A stretch of DNA of 63,062 nucleotides from Flavobacteriales bacterium UBA6772. Its GTDB lineage: Bacteria > Bacteroidota > Bacteroidia > Flavobacteriales > UBA7430. Position numbers and translations under genes: made by a program. The stretch is from NCBI GenBank assembly GCA_905182215.1, contig CAJJAI010000002.1, positions 1 to 63,062 of the forward strand, given 5' to 3'. Under the pieces are notes generated by a model. It was given only the letters and a program-made list of their open reading frames with translations. It searched no databases and was not told where the DNA came from. Below, piece by piece: positions 9,980 to 20,336 of this stretch (the first letter of the stretch is position 1; each line of letters opens with the position of its first letter).

Positions 9980-10993
9980 CTATTTCCCAATCCTCAACAA
10001 ACCATCCATAGCGGGTCTGTATGCAGGGTCAAGCATTAAAGCAGTTCTATAATCAGCTTCCGACTTCGTTATATTACCAAGAAGCTCATGAGTATATCCT
10101 CTACCAAAATAAGCCTCTAAATACATATCGTCAATAATAAGTGCCTTAGAAAAAACATCCAAAGCATTTTTGTGTTCACCTAAAAACACATTTACAACCG
10201 CAATATTATGTAAGGATATTTTATGTTCCGGATTAACGGTAAGGGCTCTATTATAAGCTGAAATAGCTTCGGTATAAGCTCCAATATTTTGGTAAAACAT
10301 TCCCACTTTATAATGCAAATCAAAACGATCTGGACGCAATCTTAAAGCAGCGTTAAAATAATCTAAAGCTACAATATCGCCTTTGGCACTAAATAAAACC
10401 CCCATTAAATCGTAGGCTTTAAAAAAGTCTTGATTTTGATTTATAGAAGCCTGAATATATTTTATCGCTTTTACAGTATCCCCTTCCATTAAGGCATAAT
10501 TTCCAGACAAATAAAGAGCTTCCGGATTTTTGGAATCAAAATTTAACACTTCGTTAATTTTAACCTGTCCTTTTTTAAATTCACCAACAGCTAAATAAAC
10601 TTCTGCTAAACTTAATCTACACTCAATATTTCTAGAATCTAAACGAGCACATTCTTCCCACGAATTCTTAGCAAAACGGCTGTTTTTCATTGCATAATAC
10701 AAAGTCCCAATTTGTTGCCAATAAAAGGCATTGGTAGAGTCTAGCCGTACAGCCTTTAACAAATCGCTAGACCCAGGACTTAGTGACTTATTTTTCAAAT
10801 AAAGTTCAGCTCGCTCAAAATACAAAGCCGCATTTAAACTATCTAGTCCAATTTGTGTGGTTAGAGAGTCTATTTGCAACGAAATAGTATTGGTCGAATC
10901 GGGTTCTACAGAAACATCAAGGGCTTTTGTGCTTGGTTGTTGCTGACAAGAAAATAGCAATAAACAAAGGCTTAAAATAAGGATATTCTTCAT
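9980..10993 (-). CDS. TPR-repeat lipoprotein
   Basis: Lipobox LLFSC; many ~34-aa TPR-like repeats (ALYFERAELY, AYFGRGYTHELLG). Confidence 0.85.
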   Translation of the reverse strand: MKNILILSLCLLLFSCQQQPSTKALDVSVEPDSTNTISLQIDSLTTQIGLDSLNAALYFERAELYLKNKSLSPGSSDLLKAVRLDSTNAFYWQQIGTLYYAMKNSRFAKNSWEECARLDSRNIECRLSLAEVYLAVGEFKKGQVKINEVLNFDSKNPEALYLSGNYALMEGDTVKAIKYIQASINQNQDFFKAYDLMGVLFSAKGDIVALDYFNAALRLRPDRFDLHYKVGMFYQNIGAYTEAISAYNRALTVNPEHKISLHNIAVVNVFLGEHKNALDVFSKALIIDDMYLEAYFGRGYTHELLGNITKSEADYRTALMLDPAYRPAMDGLLRIGK

Positions 10994-11009
10994 CTTTATA
11001 ATCTAAACA

Positions 11010-11033
11010 AATCCCTAGGTTTCCCTAGGGATT
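11010..11033 (-). terminator. Stem-loop after recA (weak terminator or mRNA stabiliser)
   Basis: AATCCCTAGG-GAAA-CCTAGGGATT on the minus strand with only a short interrupted U-tract. Confidence 0.6.
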
Positions 11034-11037
11034 CGTG

Positions 11038-12036
11038 TTATGCATTTTGAATTTGTTCAACTATTTTAGCCTCTAATTCATCAGCTAATTCTTGGTTATC
11101 TCCAAGCAGTCGTTTTACAGCATCTCTACCTTGACCTAATTTAGTGTCGCCATAGCTAAACCATGAACCACTCTTTTTAACCACACCGTATTCGACTCCA
11201 AGGTCTACGATTTCTCCTACTTTAGAAATCCCCTGACCATACATAATATCGAATTCTGCTTTACGGAAAGGTGGAGCAACTTTATTTTTCACAACCTTCA
11301 CTCTTGTTCTGTTTCCAAGTACAGCATCGCCGTCTTTTATCTGTGTACTTCTACGAATATCTAAACGTACCGAAGCGTAAAACTTAAGCGCATTACCACC
11401 CGTGGTTGTTTCAGGATTCCCAAACATAACCCCAATTTTCTCACGTAATTGGTTAATAAAAATACAAGTACAGCCTGTTTTAGATATGGTGGCCGTTAGC
11501 TTTCTTAAGGCTTGAGACATTAAACGAGCATGTAAACCCATTTTAGAATCTCCCATTTCTCCTTCAATCTCACTTTTAGGAGTTAAAGCCGCTACAGAAT
11601 CAATTACAATAATATCAATAGCACCCGAACGGATTAAGTTCTCAGTAATTTCTAAGGCTTGCTCACCAGAATCTGGCTGAGCAATAATGAGCTCATCTAT
11701 ATTAACCCCTAAATTCTCAGCGTAAAAACGATCAAAAGCATGTTCGGCATCAATAAAAGCAGCAATACCACCGGCTTTTTGAGCTTCTGCAATGGCATGT
11801 ATAGCCAAAGTAGTTTTACCCGAAGATTCCGGTCCGTATATCTCTACAACTCTTCCTTTTGGAAACCCCCCTATACCAAGAGCTAAATCTAAGCCCAACG
11901 AACCTGTAGAGATACTCTCTATATCTACTGCAGGCACATCACCCATTTTCATTACTGCTCCTTTACCGTATGTTTTTTCCAATTTATCCATTGTAAGTTG
12001 TAATGCTTTCAACTTTGCTTCTCGTTCCTTTTCCAT
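11038..12036 (-). CDS. recA: Recombinase RecA
   Basis: [48 protein letters not shown]. Confidence 0.99.
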   Translation of the reverse strand: MEKEREAKLKALQLTMDKLEKTYGKGAVMKMGDVPAVDIESISTGSLGLDLALGIGGFPKGRVVEIYGPESSGKTTLAIHAIAEAQKAGGIAAFIDAEHAFDRFYAENLGVNIDELIIAQPDSGEQALEITENLIRSGAIDIIVIDSVAALTPKSEIEGEMGDSKMGLHARLMSQALRKLTATISKTGCTCIFINQLREKIGVMFGNPETTTGGNALKFYASVRLDIRRSTQIKDGDAVLGNRTRVKVVKNKVAPPFRKAEFDIMYGQGISKVGEIVDLGVEYGVVKKSGSWFSYGDTKLGQGRDAVKRLLGDNQELADELEAKIVEQIQNA

Positions 12037-12090
12037 GATGATTTTATTTTCTGTGACAAATTAAGTTTTTGTTTGTGTCAATTAATGACA

Positions 12091-12552
12091 TTAGCTGTAT
12101 GATTCTAATATTTGATTTGTATGATCTTTGGTTTTAACTTTCAAAAAGATCTTTTCTATTATACCTTTTTCATCAATTACAAAAGTTGTTCTGTGAACAC
12201 CATCGTATTCTTTTCCCATAAACTTTTTAAGACCCCAAACATTATAAGCTTCGAGTACCGTTTTATCTTCATCGGCTACTAGCGTAAAAGGTAAATTGTA
12301 CTTTTCAATAAACTTTAAATGTCTTTTTGCTGGATCGGGACTCACGCCAATAATTTCGAAACCTTTTTCTTGTAAGAGTGTGTGATTTTCTCCGAGGTTA
12401 CAAGATTGGGCAGTACAACCTGGAGTCATATCTTTAGGGTAGAAATAAAGAATCACTTTTTTCCCTAAAAAATCAGCTAAAGAAATAATTTCTCCATGCT
12501 CGTTTAATGCACTAAAACTGGGTGCTTTATCACCTACTTGTAAACGCGTCAT
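12091..12552 (-). CDS. bcp: Thioredoxin-dependent peroxiredoxin Bcp/PrxQ
   Basis: YFYPKDMTPGCTAQSC active site; -7 box TATTTTTG at 12572-12579 (minus). Confidence 0.95.
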   Translation of the reverse strand: MTRLQVGDKAPSFSALNEHGEIISLADFLGKKVILYFYPKDMTPGCTAQSCNLGENHTLLQEKGFEIIGVSPDPAKRHLKFIEKYNLPFTLVADEDKTVLEAYNVWGLKKFMGKEYDGVHRTTFVIDEKGIIEKIFLKVKTKDHTNQILESYS

Positions 12553-12582
12553 AAATATAGCTTGTTTTACTCAAAAATAAAT

Positions 12583-12619
12583 AAAAAGCCTCATTTGAGC
12601 GAGTCAAACGAGGCTTTTT
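12583..12619. terminator. Intrinsic terminator after ECF sigma/small protein
   Basis: AAAAAGCCTCATTTGA-GCGAG-TCAAACGAGGCTTTTT. Confidence 0.8.
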
Positions 12620-12637
12620 ATTAACAAATTAAAATGC

Positions 12638-12820
12638 TTAATTAGCTATAAACACAATAGAATCTATTGCTTTTGTCTTAATGATACTGGATGATTTTGC
12701 GTAATCTAAAACAAACTGCAAAGCTTTTACAGAAGGTTTTTGTTTATTGTTTAAAAATTGGTTTTTGCTGGAATCTTTAGACTCTCCAGAAAAGTCGTAG
12801 AGTGTAGTCGTTTTTGCCAT
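12638..12820 (-). CDS. Small hypothetical protein (60 aa) downstream of the ECF sigma gene
   Basis: Fills the gap between sigma gene and terminator; the KPS...LQFVLDYAKS...FIAN pattern resembles the small proteins I recall following this sigma gene in Bacteroidota. Confidence 0.7.
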   Translation of the reverse strand: MAKTTTLYDFSGESKDSSKNQFLNNKQKPSVKALQFVLDYAKSSSIIKTKAIDSIVFIAN

Positions 12821-12863
12821 AGATATAGTTTTTCATTTTATCTATAACGGCTATGTTTTCTGT

Positions 12864-13451
12864 TTATTGTACGGCTAAATTAACTTGATGCTTTTCTTTG
12901 AGCTTTCTTAAATTCATTAAAGCATAACGCATTCTACCTAATGCAGTGTTAATACTAATTCCGCATTCTTCTGCTATTTCTTTAAAGGTCATATCTGCGT
13001 AGTAACGCATTTCTAAAACAGATCTTTGCTCTTCAGACAAATGGCTTATTAAGATTTTTAAATCCTTAACTACTTGAGCATTTACCATTTCATCTTCAGT
13101 ACAATCTTCGGCTCCGCCAATAACATCAAAAATATTAAACTCATCTGTGGGGCGTACCATTCTAACACGAGCGTTTTTTCTGAAATGATCGATAACCATA
13201 TTATGGGAAATACGCATTACCCAAGCAATGAACTTACCTTCTTCATTGTAACGACCTTCGTTTAGTTTATTGATTACTTTAATAAACACTTCTTGGAAAA
13301 TATCGTTCGCCACATCTATATCCTTAACTTTAGAAAGGATATAGCCAAAGACTTTGTCTTTGTGACGGATAATTAAACGTTCGATAGAAAGGGAGTCGCC
13401 AGATAAAAAAGCACTCACCAATTGTTGGTCTGTAATATTTTGCACACGCAT
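12864..13451 (-). CDS. ECF-type RNA polymerase sigma-70 factor
   Basis: Region 2 (DIFQEVFIKV, FIAWVMRISHNMVIDHFRK) and region 4 HTH (MTFKEIAEECGISINTALGRMRYAL); -7 box TACCTTTG at 13571-13578 (minus). Confidence 0.95.
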   Translation of the reverse strand: MRVQNITDQQLVSAFLSGDSLSIERLIIRHKDKVFGYILSKVKDIDVANDIFQEVFIKVINKLNEGRYNEEGKFIAWVMRISHNMVIDHFRKNARVRMVRPTDEFNIFDVIGGAEDCTEDEMVNAQVVKDLKILISHLSEEQRSVLEMRYYADMTFKEIAEECGISINTALGRMRYALMNLRKLKEKHQVNLAVQ

Positions 13452-13624
13452 AAGCTACCATTTAGGTTAAACAACATTTAAAATGTAATAGGTAGAAATG
13501 CTTCTATAGGCAAAAAGTGTTTTGTGAATATTAATTTGGCTCTAATATAGAACTTTTTCAACAATCATACCAAAGGTACAAACGATTGCGTGTTAAAATT
13601 CCCTAATTTTGCGTTTCTGCAAAA

Positions 13625-16432
13625 ATGCTGAAAACGTTTATGAAAGATTTCGACCAGTTAGATTCCAAAGAACATATCCTTATAAAAGGGGCTAGACTAC
13701 ACAATTTAAAAAACATTGATGTAGCTATACCGCGCAATAAATTTGTGGTTATTACCGGACTTTCAGGCTCTGGGAAATCTACGCTGGCTTTCGATACGCT
13801 TTATGCCGAAGGGCAAAGACGCTATGTAGAAAGCTTATCGTCTTACGCTCGACAATTTTTAGGCAGACTTAATAAACCAGAAGTAGACAGTATAAAAGGT
13901 ATTTCGCCAGCTATTGCCATAGAACAAAAGGTGAATTCTAAAAACCCTCGCTCTACCGTTGGTACAAGCACAGAGATTTACGATTATATAAAATTACTCT
14001 TTGCACGAATAGGAAAAACTATTTCGCCAGTTTCTGGGAAAGAAGTAAAAAAACACAGTGTACAAAACGTTGTAGATTTTATTCTCACTAAAAAAGAAGG
14101 TGCTAAATTTTACATTCTAGCACCTGCACAAATAGGCGATAGAGACTATAAATTATACCTTGAAATGTTACTTCAACAAGGGTACCATCGTATAAAACAC
14201 AAGGGTGCTATTTTGAGAATTGAAGATCTTTTAGAAAAAAAGACCAAACTTAAAGAACCTTATTACCTACTTATAGACCGCTTAAGCTTAAAGAAAGAAG
14301 ATGGTTTTATAGAAAGACTTTCGGACTCTATTCAAACAGGGTTCCACGAGGGAAAAGGGGATTGTATTATAGAATTTATCGATACTGAAGAGCGCACAAC
14401 TTTCAGTAATCGTTTTGAAGCTGATGGAATTGTATTTGAAGAACCGAGTATTCATCTTTTCACCTTTAACAATCCTTTTGGAGCTTGCAAAACGTGCGAA
14501 GGAAATGGAAGTGTTGTAGGAATAGACGAAGAGTTAGTAATTCCAAATACCGGTTTATCTATTTACGAAGATGCGCTCGCTTGTTGGAAAGGGGATACCC
14601 TTTGCAAATACAAAGACGACTTAGTTTTAAATTCTGAAAAATGGGACATCCCAATTCACAAACCTTACTTTGAACTTTCTAAAGAGCAGAAAGACTTTAT
14701 TTGGAATGGAAATAAGGAGTATAAGTTCAAAGGAATTCACAAGTTTTTCGCAGGTTTAGAAAAAAAGAATTACAAAATTCAAAACCGTGTTTTACTATCG
14801 CGTTATAGAGGGAAAACACTTTGTAATACCTGCGAAGGAAAAAGACTTCGTACAGAAGCCAACTACGTAAAGGTAGGTCCCTATTCTATTTTAGAAATTG
14901 TAGACATGCCAATAGACGAATTGTCGGAGGTATTCAAAACTATAAAATTGAGTAAGAGTGATCAGGAAATAGCGGGTAGGTTACTCATAGAAATTCAAAA
15001 TAGAATCCAATTCTTAATGGATGTTGGTTTGAGCTATCTAACTATAAACCGTAGATCTGCCACTCTTTCTGGTGGAGAGTCACAAAGAATAAACCTAGCT
15101 ACCTCACTTGGGAGTAGCCTTGTAGGCTCTATGTATATTTTAGATGAACCTAGTATAGGATTACATTCTAAAGACACCCAAAGACTTATAAAGATTTTAA
15201 AGTCGCTTAGAGATGTTGGAAATACAGTAATTGTGGTAGAACACGATGAGGATATTATGAAGGCTGCAGATTTGGTGATTGATATGGGCCCAATGGCTGG
15301 AATACATGGTGGAGAAGTAATGTTTCATGGTACACATAGTGAATTAGCAAACGAAAAAGTAAGTCTTACTGCACAATATTTAAACGGCGATTTAAAAATT
15401 GAAATTCCTAAAAAACGAAACTGGACGGACTCTTTAGTAATTGAAGGTGCAAGACAACACAACCTTAAAAACGTTACCGTAGAGATTCCGCTGAATGTAC
15501 TTACTGTAGTAAGTGGGATTAGTGGCTCTGGAAAGAGTACCCTAATAAAGAACATTTTCTACCCAGCTCTGGTAAAAGCCTTGGGGGGTTACGGACCTAA
15601 AATTGGGCAATTTGATAGTCTTTCAGGTTCAGTGAAAAATATTTCGGGAGTAGAATTTATTGATCAAAACCCAATTGGGAAATCATCACGATCGAACCCA
15701 GTTACCTATATTAAAGCATACGATGAAATAAGAAATCTGTATGCCGACCAAAAGCTTTCGACTAATAGAGGTTATAAAGCAAAGCACTTTTCTTTTAACA
15801 CCAACGGCGGTAGATGCGAACATTGCTCGGGCGAAGGTGAGGTGACCATAGAAATGCAGTTTATGGCGGATGTTCATCTAGAATGTGAACATTGTAAAGG
15901 AAACCGTTTTAAAGATGAGGTTTTAGAAGTTCGATTTAATCAGAAGAATATTTCCGATATATTGGGCTTAACTATAGACGAGGCAATTTCTTTTTTCCAA
16001 GAAAACGAGCAGTCTAAAATAGCGAAAAGACTCCAACCATTACAAGATGTAGGATTGGGCTATATCCACTTAGGACAATCTTCTTCTACCCTATCTGGTG
16101 GAGAAGCGCAAAGGGTTAAACTGGCTTCTTTCTTAGGGAAAGGTAAAAGCGGTGGACAGCAATTTTTCATCTTCGATGAACCGACTACAGGGTTACACTT
16201 TCACGATATTAAAAAGCTCTTAGAATCCTTTAACGCACTCATAGAAAACGGACATACCATTTTAGTTATCGAGCATAATCCGGATGTAATTAAATGTGCC
16301 GATTGGCTCATTGACCTCGGTAAAGAAGGTGGTAAAAATGGAGGTCAGTTAATATTTGAAGGTCTTCCAGAAGACATTATCAACTGTAAGGACAGTTCTA
16401 CAGGTTTGTTTTTGAAGGAGAAGTTTGAGTAG
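13625..16432 (+). CDS. uvrA: Excinuclease ABC subunit UvrA
   Basis: Two Walker A motifs ([16 protein letters not shown]), [31 protein letters not shown], Cys zinc modules; -7 box TAATTTTG at 13604-13611. Start could be 13640. Confidence 0.97.
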   Translation: MLKTFMKDFDQLDSKEHILIKGARLHNLKNIDVAIPRNKFVVITGLSGSGKSTLAFDTLYAEGQRRYVESLSSYARQFLGRLNKPEVDSIKGISPAIAIEQKVNSKNPRSTVGTSTEIYDYIKLLFARIGKTISPVSGKEVKKHSVQNVVDFILTKKEGAKFYILAPAQIGDRDYKLYLEMLLQQGYHRIKHKGAILRIEDLLEKKTKLKEPYYLLIDRLSLKKEDGFIERLSDSIQTGFHEGKGDCIIEFIDTEERTTFSNRFEADGIVFEEPSIHLFTFNNPFGACKTCEGNGSVVGIDEELVIPNTGLSIYEDALACWKGDTLCKYKDDLVLNSEKWDIPIHKPYFELSKEQKDFIWNGNKEYKFKGIHKFFAGLEKKNYKIQNRVLLSRYRGKTLCNTCEGKRLRTEANYVKVGPYSILEIVDMPIDELSEVFKTIKLSKSDQEIAGRLLIEIQNRIQFLMDVGLSYLTINRRSATLSGGESQRINLATSLGSSLVGSMYILDEPSIGLHSKDTQRLIKILKSLRDVGNTVIVVEHDEDIMKAADLVIDMGPMAGIHGGEVMFHGTHSELANEKVSLTAQYLNGDLKIEIPKKRNWTDSLVIEGARQHNLKNVTVEIPLNVLTVVSGISGSGKSTLIKNIFYPALVKALGGYGPKIGQFDSLSGSVKNISGVEFIDQNPIGKSSRSNPVTYIKAYDEIRNLYADQKLSTNRGYKAKHFSFNTNGGRCEHCSGEGEVTIEMQFMADVHLECEHCKGNRFKDEVLEVRFNQKNISDILGLTIDEAISFFQENEQSKIAKRLQPLQDVGLGYIHLGQSSSTLSGGEAQRVKLASFLGKGKSGGQQFFIFDEPTTGLHFHDIKKLLESFNALIENGHTILVIEHNPDVIKCADWLIDLGKEGGKNGGQLIFEGLPEDIINCKDSSTGLFLKEKFE

Positions 16433-16532
16433 AATTGATTTGGAAATTTGATAATGAAATATGACACCTAGTCTGTTGTTCAAAAATAACTATTCAAAAT
16501 TCTTAAATCTTCTGAATCTTAATTCTGAGTCA

Positions 16533-18281
16533 TCAATTAAACTGTAACGCAAACAGCTTGCTATAATAGCCTTTCAGGGCAATAAGCTCTGCATGTGTAC
16601 CCGATTCTACTATTTCACCTTGTTCCATAACCAAAATTTTATTGGCATTTTGAATAGTCGCTAAACGGTGTGCAATCACGATAGAAGTTCTTCCTTGAGT
16701 TAATTTTTCGGTTGCCTTTTGAATTAATTCCTCTGTATGAGAATCTACAGAAGAAGTAGCTTCATCTAAAATTAACACACTAGGATTAGACACATAAGCT
16801 CGTAAAAAAGCAATTAATTGTCTTTGTCCAGCAGAAAGCATCACCCCTCTTTCGCGTACATTATAATTATAGCCTCCAGGTAATTGTTCAATAAATTCTT
16901 CCAATCCTATTGCTTGGGCAGCTTCTTTAACTTCGGCTAAAGGGATGTCTTTATCTAATACAATATTCTTGTAAATAGAATCGGAGAACAAGAATACATC
17001 TTGTAACACCAAAGCCAATTTGGTTCTAAGAGATTTCAATTGATATTTAGAAATATCCTGTCCATCGAGTAAGATAGTACCCGAATCTATATTGTAATAG
17101 CGCAATAAAAGATTCACAATAGAACTTTTTCCAGCCCCAGTAGCACCTACTAAAGCAAGTGTTTTACCGGCTTCAATTTCAAAATTGATATTCCTAAGAA
17201 CTGGTTCACCTTCTTTGTACGAAAAGTTAACCTGTTTAAAACATACAGCTCCTTTAACCTCATTTAAAATTAAATTCCCGTTAGAGTTTACACGCTCATC
17301 GGTATCTAGAATTTTAAATACTCTGGTTGCAGCTACAATACCTCTTTGTAATACATTTATCCTATCTGCTAAATGACGAACGGGTCTGAATAGCATGTTT
17401 ATAAGCAAGATAAAAGACATCATTAATCCGAGTGTAACCTCACCGCCTAAAATCATATCTAAACCTCCGTACCACACCATAGCTCCTAAAGAGAGGGCAC
17501 TCATAATTTCTATAACAGGTAAGAAAATAGAGAAATGCCAAATCGCTTTTATAGTCGCTTGTTTAAAAGTGGCATTCACTTCTTTAAAGTTTTCTAATTC
17601 GGTCTCTTCACGATTAAAAATTTGAACTATTTTCATTCCCGAAATATGCTCTTGTACAAAAGTATTGAGTTTAGAAATGGCAGATCGCTCGTCTTCGAAA
17701 GCGCTTTTCATTGCCGTTTGAAAATATTTAGTAGCCCAAATTAGTACTGGGAAAACGGCTAAAGAAATACAACTAAGCATCACATTCCTAGAAAACATCC
17801 AGGATACGATTAAAATAATTTTAAATAAATCGCTGAAGATTACCAGTACCCCTTGAGAGAATATTTCGGCAATCGTTTCAATATCCGAAACAGTACGTGT
17901 AACCAAAGCACCAATGGGTGTTTCATCGAAATACTTAAGTCGGAAAGATAGAATTTTATCGAAAAGCTTTTTTCTAATGTCTTTTATAACCGACTGCCCT
18001 ATCCAATTGGCGGCATACATAAATACAAACTGAAAAACGGCCTCTAATAAGAGTAAACCCACCATTATTAGGCAGTAGTTGAGGAGCATCTCGGGATTTG
18101 ATCCTATTATAAAATTATCTACTGTGTATTCTATAAGTATAGGACGGCCAATAGAAAACACGCCAAGTAAAATACTGAATACAATGCTGCTATAGAAAAT
18201 TAGCTTATAGGGTTGTACAAAACTTAAAACCCGAGATAAAAGCCTAAAATCGAAGGGGTTATTTTTTTTAGCAGTCTCCAT
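16533..18281 (-). CDS. Type IV ABC exporter, fused TMD-NBD (MdlB/MsbA-like)
   Basis: Six-TM N-terminus, GATGAGKS, LSAGQRQL, LDEATSSVD, IAHRL. Confidence 0.93.
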   Translation of the reverse strand: METAKKNNPFDFRLLSRVLSFVQPYKLIFYSSIVFSILLGVFSIGRPILIEYTVDNFIIGSNPEMLLNYCLIMVGLLLLEAVFQFVFMYAANWIGQSVIKDIRKKLFDKILSFRLKYFDETPIGALVTRTVSDIETIAEIFSQGVLVIFSDLFKIILIVSWMFSRNVMLSCISLAVFPVLIWATKYFQTAMKSAFEDERSAISKLNTFVQEHISGMKIVQIFNREETELENFKEVNATFKQATIKAIWHFSIFLPVIEIMSALSLGAMVWYGGLDMILGGEVTLGLMMSFILLINMLFRPVRHLADRINVLQRGIVAATRVFKILDTDERVNSNGNLILNEVKGAVCFKQVNFSYKEGEPVLRNINFEIEAGKTLALVGATGAGKSSIVNLLLRYYNIDSGTILLDGQDISKYQLKSLRTKLALVLQDVFLFSDSIYKNIVLDKDIPLAEVKEAAQAIGLEEFIEQLPGGYNYNVRERGVMLSAGQRQLIAFLRAYVSNPSVLILDEATSSVDSHTEELIQKATEKLTQGRTSIVIAHRLATIQNANKILVMEQGEIVESGTHAELIALKGYYSKLFALQFN

Positions 18282-19020
18282 TCAATAGATCTTTAGGGTA
18301 CTCAATTTTTACTAAATACAATCCTTTGGCTGGTGCTGAAGTCCCAGCAGAACTTCTATTTTTTTCTTTTATTATAGATTTAAATTCATCTAAAGTCATT
18401 TTCTTTTTGCCTACCTCTACCAGAGTACCCACAATAGCCCGCACCATATTTCTCAAAAACCGATCGGCCTCTATGGTAAACAACCACTTATCTCCTTGTT
18501 GTACCCATTCGGCTTTTCGTACTTCGCAAATATGTGTATTTACATCGCTGTGAATTTTAGCAAAACTCGAAAAATCGTTCACCTCACGTAAGTAAGAGGC
18601 GGCTTGATTCATCAAACTAAAATCTAAATTGGAATACATCAACCACGCCCCCTCAGTTAAGAAAGGGTTTTTCTGCTGACAAAGCCAGTATTCGTAGGTT
18701 CTAGAACTAGCATGAAAACGTGCATGTGTTTCATCTGCTACTTTAAAAATGGACTTTATAAAGATAGAATCCTCTAAAAAAGCATTTAAACGGTAACATA
18801 CCACATCCAGATCAAAAGACTTGTCTGTGTCAAAATGAGCATACATCTGCTTGGCGTGCACTCCCGTGTCCGTACGGCCTGCGCCCATAATCATTACCTC
18901 TTCTTTTAGAAGTACCGACAAGCCTTCGTTAATTCTCTGTTGCACACTTACAGCGTTGGGCTGTACTTGCCATCCATGAAAATTAGTGCCTTTATATGCT
19001 AAACTGATAAAATATCTCAC
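18268..19020 (-). CDS. truA: tRNA pseudouridine(38-40) synthase
   Basis: YKGTNFHGWQ, GAGRTDTGVHA, FHARF, FLRNMVRAIVG; GTG start. Confidence 0.97.
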   Translation of the reverse strand: MRYFISLAYKGTNFHGWQVQPNAVSVQQRINEGLSVLLKEEVMIMGAGRTDTGVHAKQMYAHFDTDKSFDLDVVCYRLNAFLEDSIFIKSIFKVADETHARFHASSRTYEYWLCQQKNPFLTEGAWLMYSNLDFSLMNQAASYLREVNDFSSFAKIHSDVNTHICEVRKAEWVQQGDKWLFTIEADRFLRNMVRAIVGTLVEVGKKKMTLDEFKSIIKEKNRSSAGTSAPAKGLYLVKIEYPKDLLNGDC

Positions 19021-19189
19021 AGTGCTAAATTAAACAAAGAGTTTAAAATTGAAGGTTAAAGATTAAAAATTGTGAACCTAAACAAAAGGCAAAAATAACA
19101 GCCTTAAATTAAAGTAACAATATCAAATTACTTACAAAACTGATGGTTTAAACAGTAAATTGCCAATCGATATATTTTAATAAACTCGC

Positions 19190-19684
19190 ATGAAACGCAT
19201 AGGACTCCTTTCTGATACCCATTCCTTTTTAGACCCTTTGGTATTTAAACACTTTGAAGAATGTGATGAAATTTGGCATGCCGGAGATATCGGCGATATA
19301 GCAGTTTACGACCAACTAAAGGCTTTTAAAACTACGAGAGCAGTTTATGGAAATATAGATGGAGCTGTAATTAGAAGAGAATGCCCACTACACCAACGTT
19401 TTATGTGCGAACAGGTAGATGTATGGATAACACATATTGGAGGTTACCCAAAAAGATATTCGCCACCTATTAAAGACGCAATAAAGAAAAACCCACCCAA
19501 ATTATTCATTTCGGGTCATTCTCATATTCTAAAAGTAATGTACGACAAAGAACTTTCGCTCTTACACATGAATCCTGGAGCAGCAGGGAAACATGGCTTT
19601 CATCAAGTAAAAACACTCTTGCGTTTTACTATAGATGGGAAAGATATAAAAGACTTAGAGGTAATAGAATTTGGTAAACGCTAG
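19190..19684 (+). CDS. YfcE/MJ0936-family metallophosphoesterase
   Basis: SDTH, HAGD, GNID, GHSH, NPGA motifs. Confidence 0.92.
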   Translation: MKRIGLLSDTHSFLDPLVFKHFEECDEIWHAGDIGDIAVYDQLKAFKTTRAVYGNIDGAVIRRECPLHQRFMCEQVDVWITHIGGYPKRYSPPIKDAIKKNPPKLFISGHSHILKVMYDKELSLLHMNPGAAGKHGFHQVKTLLRFTIDGKDIKDLEVIEFGKR

Positions 19685-20082
19685 CGAATACGGTCTACCG
19701 AACGAATTAAATCGTCGTCTTTCTTAACTCCTCTGTATGCCATAGCTAAGGCTGCAAAAGCAAACAATAATAAGCCTGTACAATTAAAGTTGAGTTCAAA
19801 GTCAAATTCGCTATTACCTAACAATAGACCTAAACGAACCGCAATTACTGCAATTACCAAAACCGCTAAACGAATCAACTTCATTTGAAGTTTTCTATTT
19901 TTAAATATGAAAATTGCGAGTGCTGAAAATAAACTAGCTGTTATCGTTAAGATGAACATCTTGGTATCGTCTTGAGCAAAAGTTAGCTCTTTGTTAAGCG
20001 ACCAAACTGGAACTTTAAAAGAAACTAAGGCCATAGCTATAGTGGCTACTAGAAGGTATATAGATTGAATTCTTTGAATCAT
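19681..20082 (-). CDS. DUF4293-family membrane protein
   Basis: MIQRIQSIYL start, four TM segments, KDDDLIRSVDRIR end. Confidence 0.85.
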   Translation of the reverse strand: MIQRIQSIYLLVATIAMALVSFKVPVWSLNKELTFAQDDTKMFILTITASLFSALAIFIFKNRKLQMKLIRLAVLVIAVIAVRLGLLLGNSEFDFELNFNCTGLLLFAFAALAMAYRGVKKDDDLIRSVDRIR

Positions 20083-20336
20083 GATTTATAATTTTGCTCA
20101 AAAATAAGGTTTTAATGATGGATAAATAATTTATAATTTATAATTATTCGACTGGTAAAAATCAGAACAACAGAAAGCTTCGATTCATAAACTTTCAATT
20201 TTAAATTTTCAACATTCAACTAAAAGCTGTATAATTGCAGAACAAATCCTCGTCTCAGGCACATTTGAGACATATCCAGTATACAACATTCCAACAAAAG
20301 TCAAATCGACTTCTACAGTACCCATAACATTCATTT

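Noticed and set aside
13579-13592. CAAACGATTGCG resembling a LacI-family operator between the sigma gene and uvrA
   Set aside because: Imperfect single site, no LacI regulator or sugar genes nearby.
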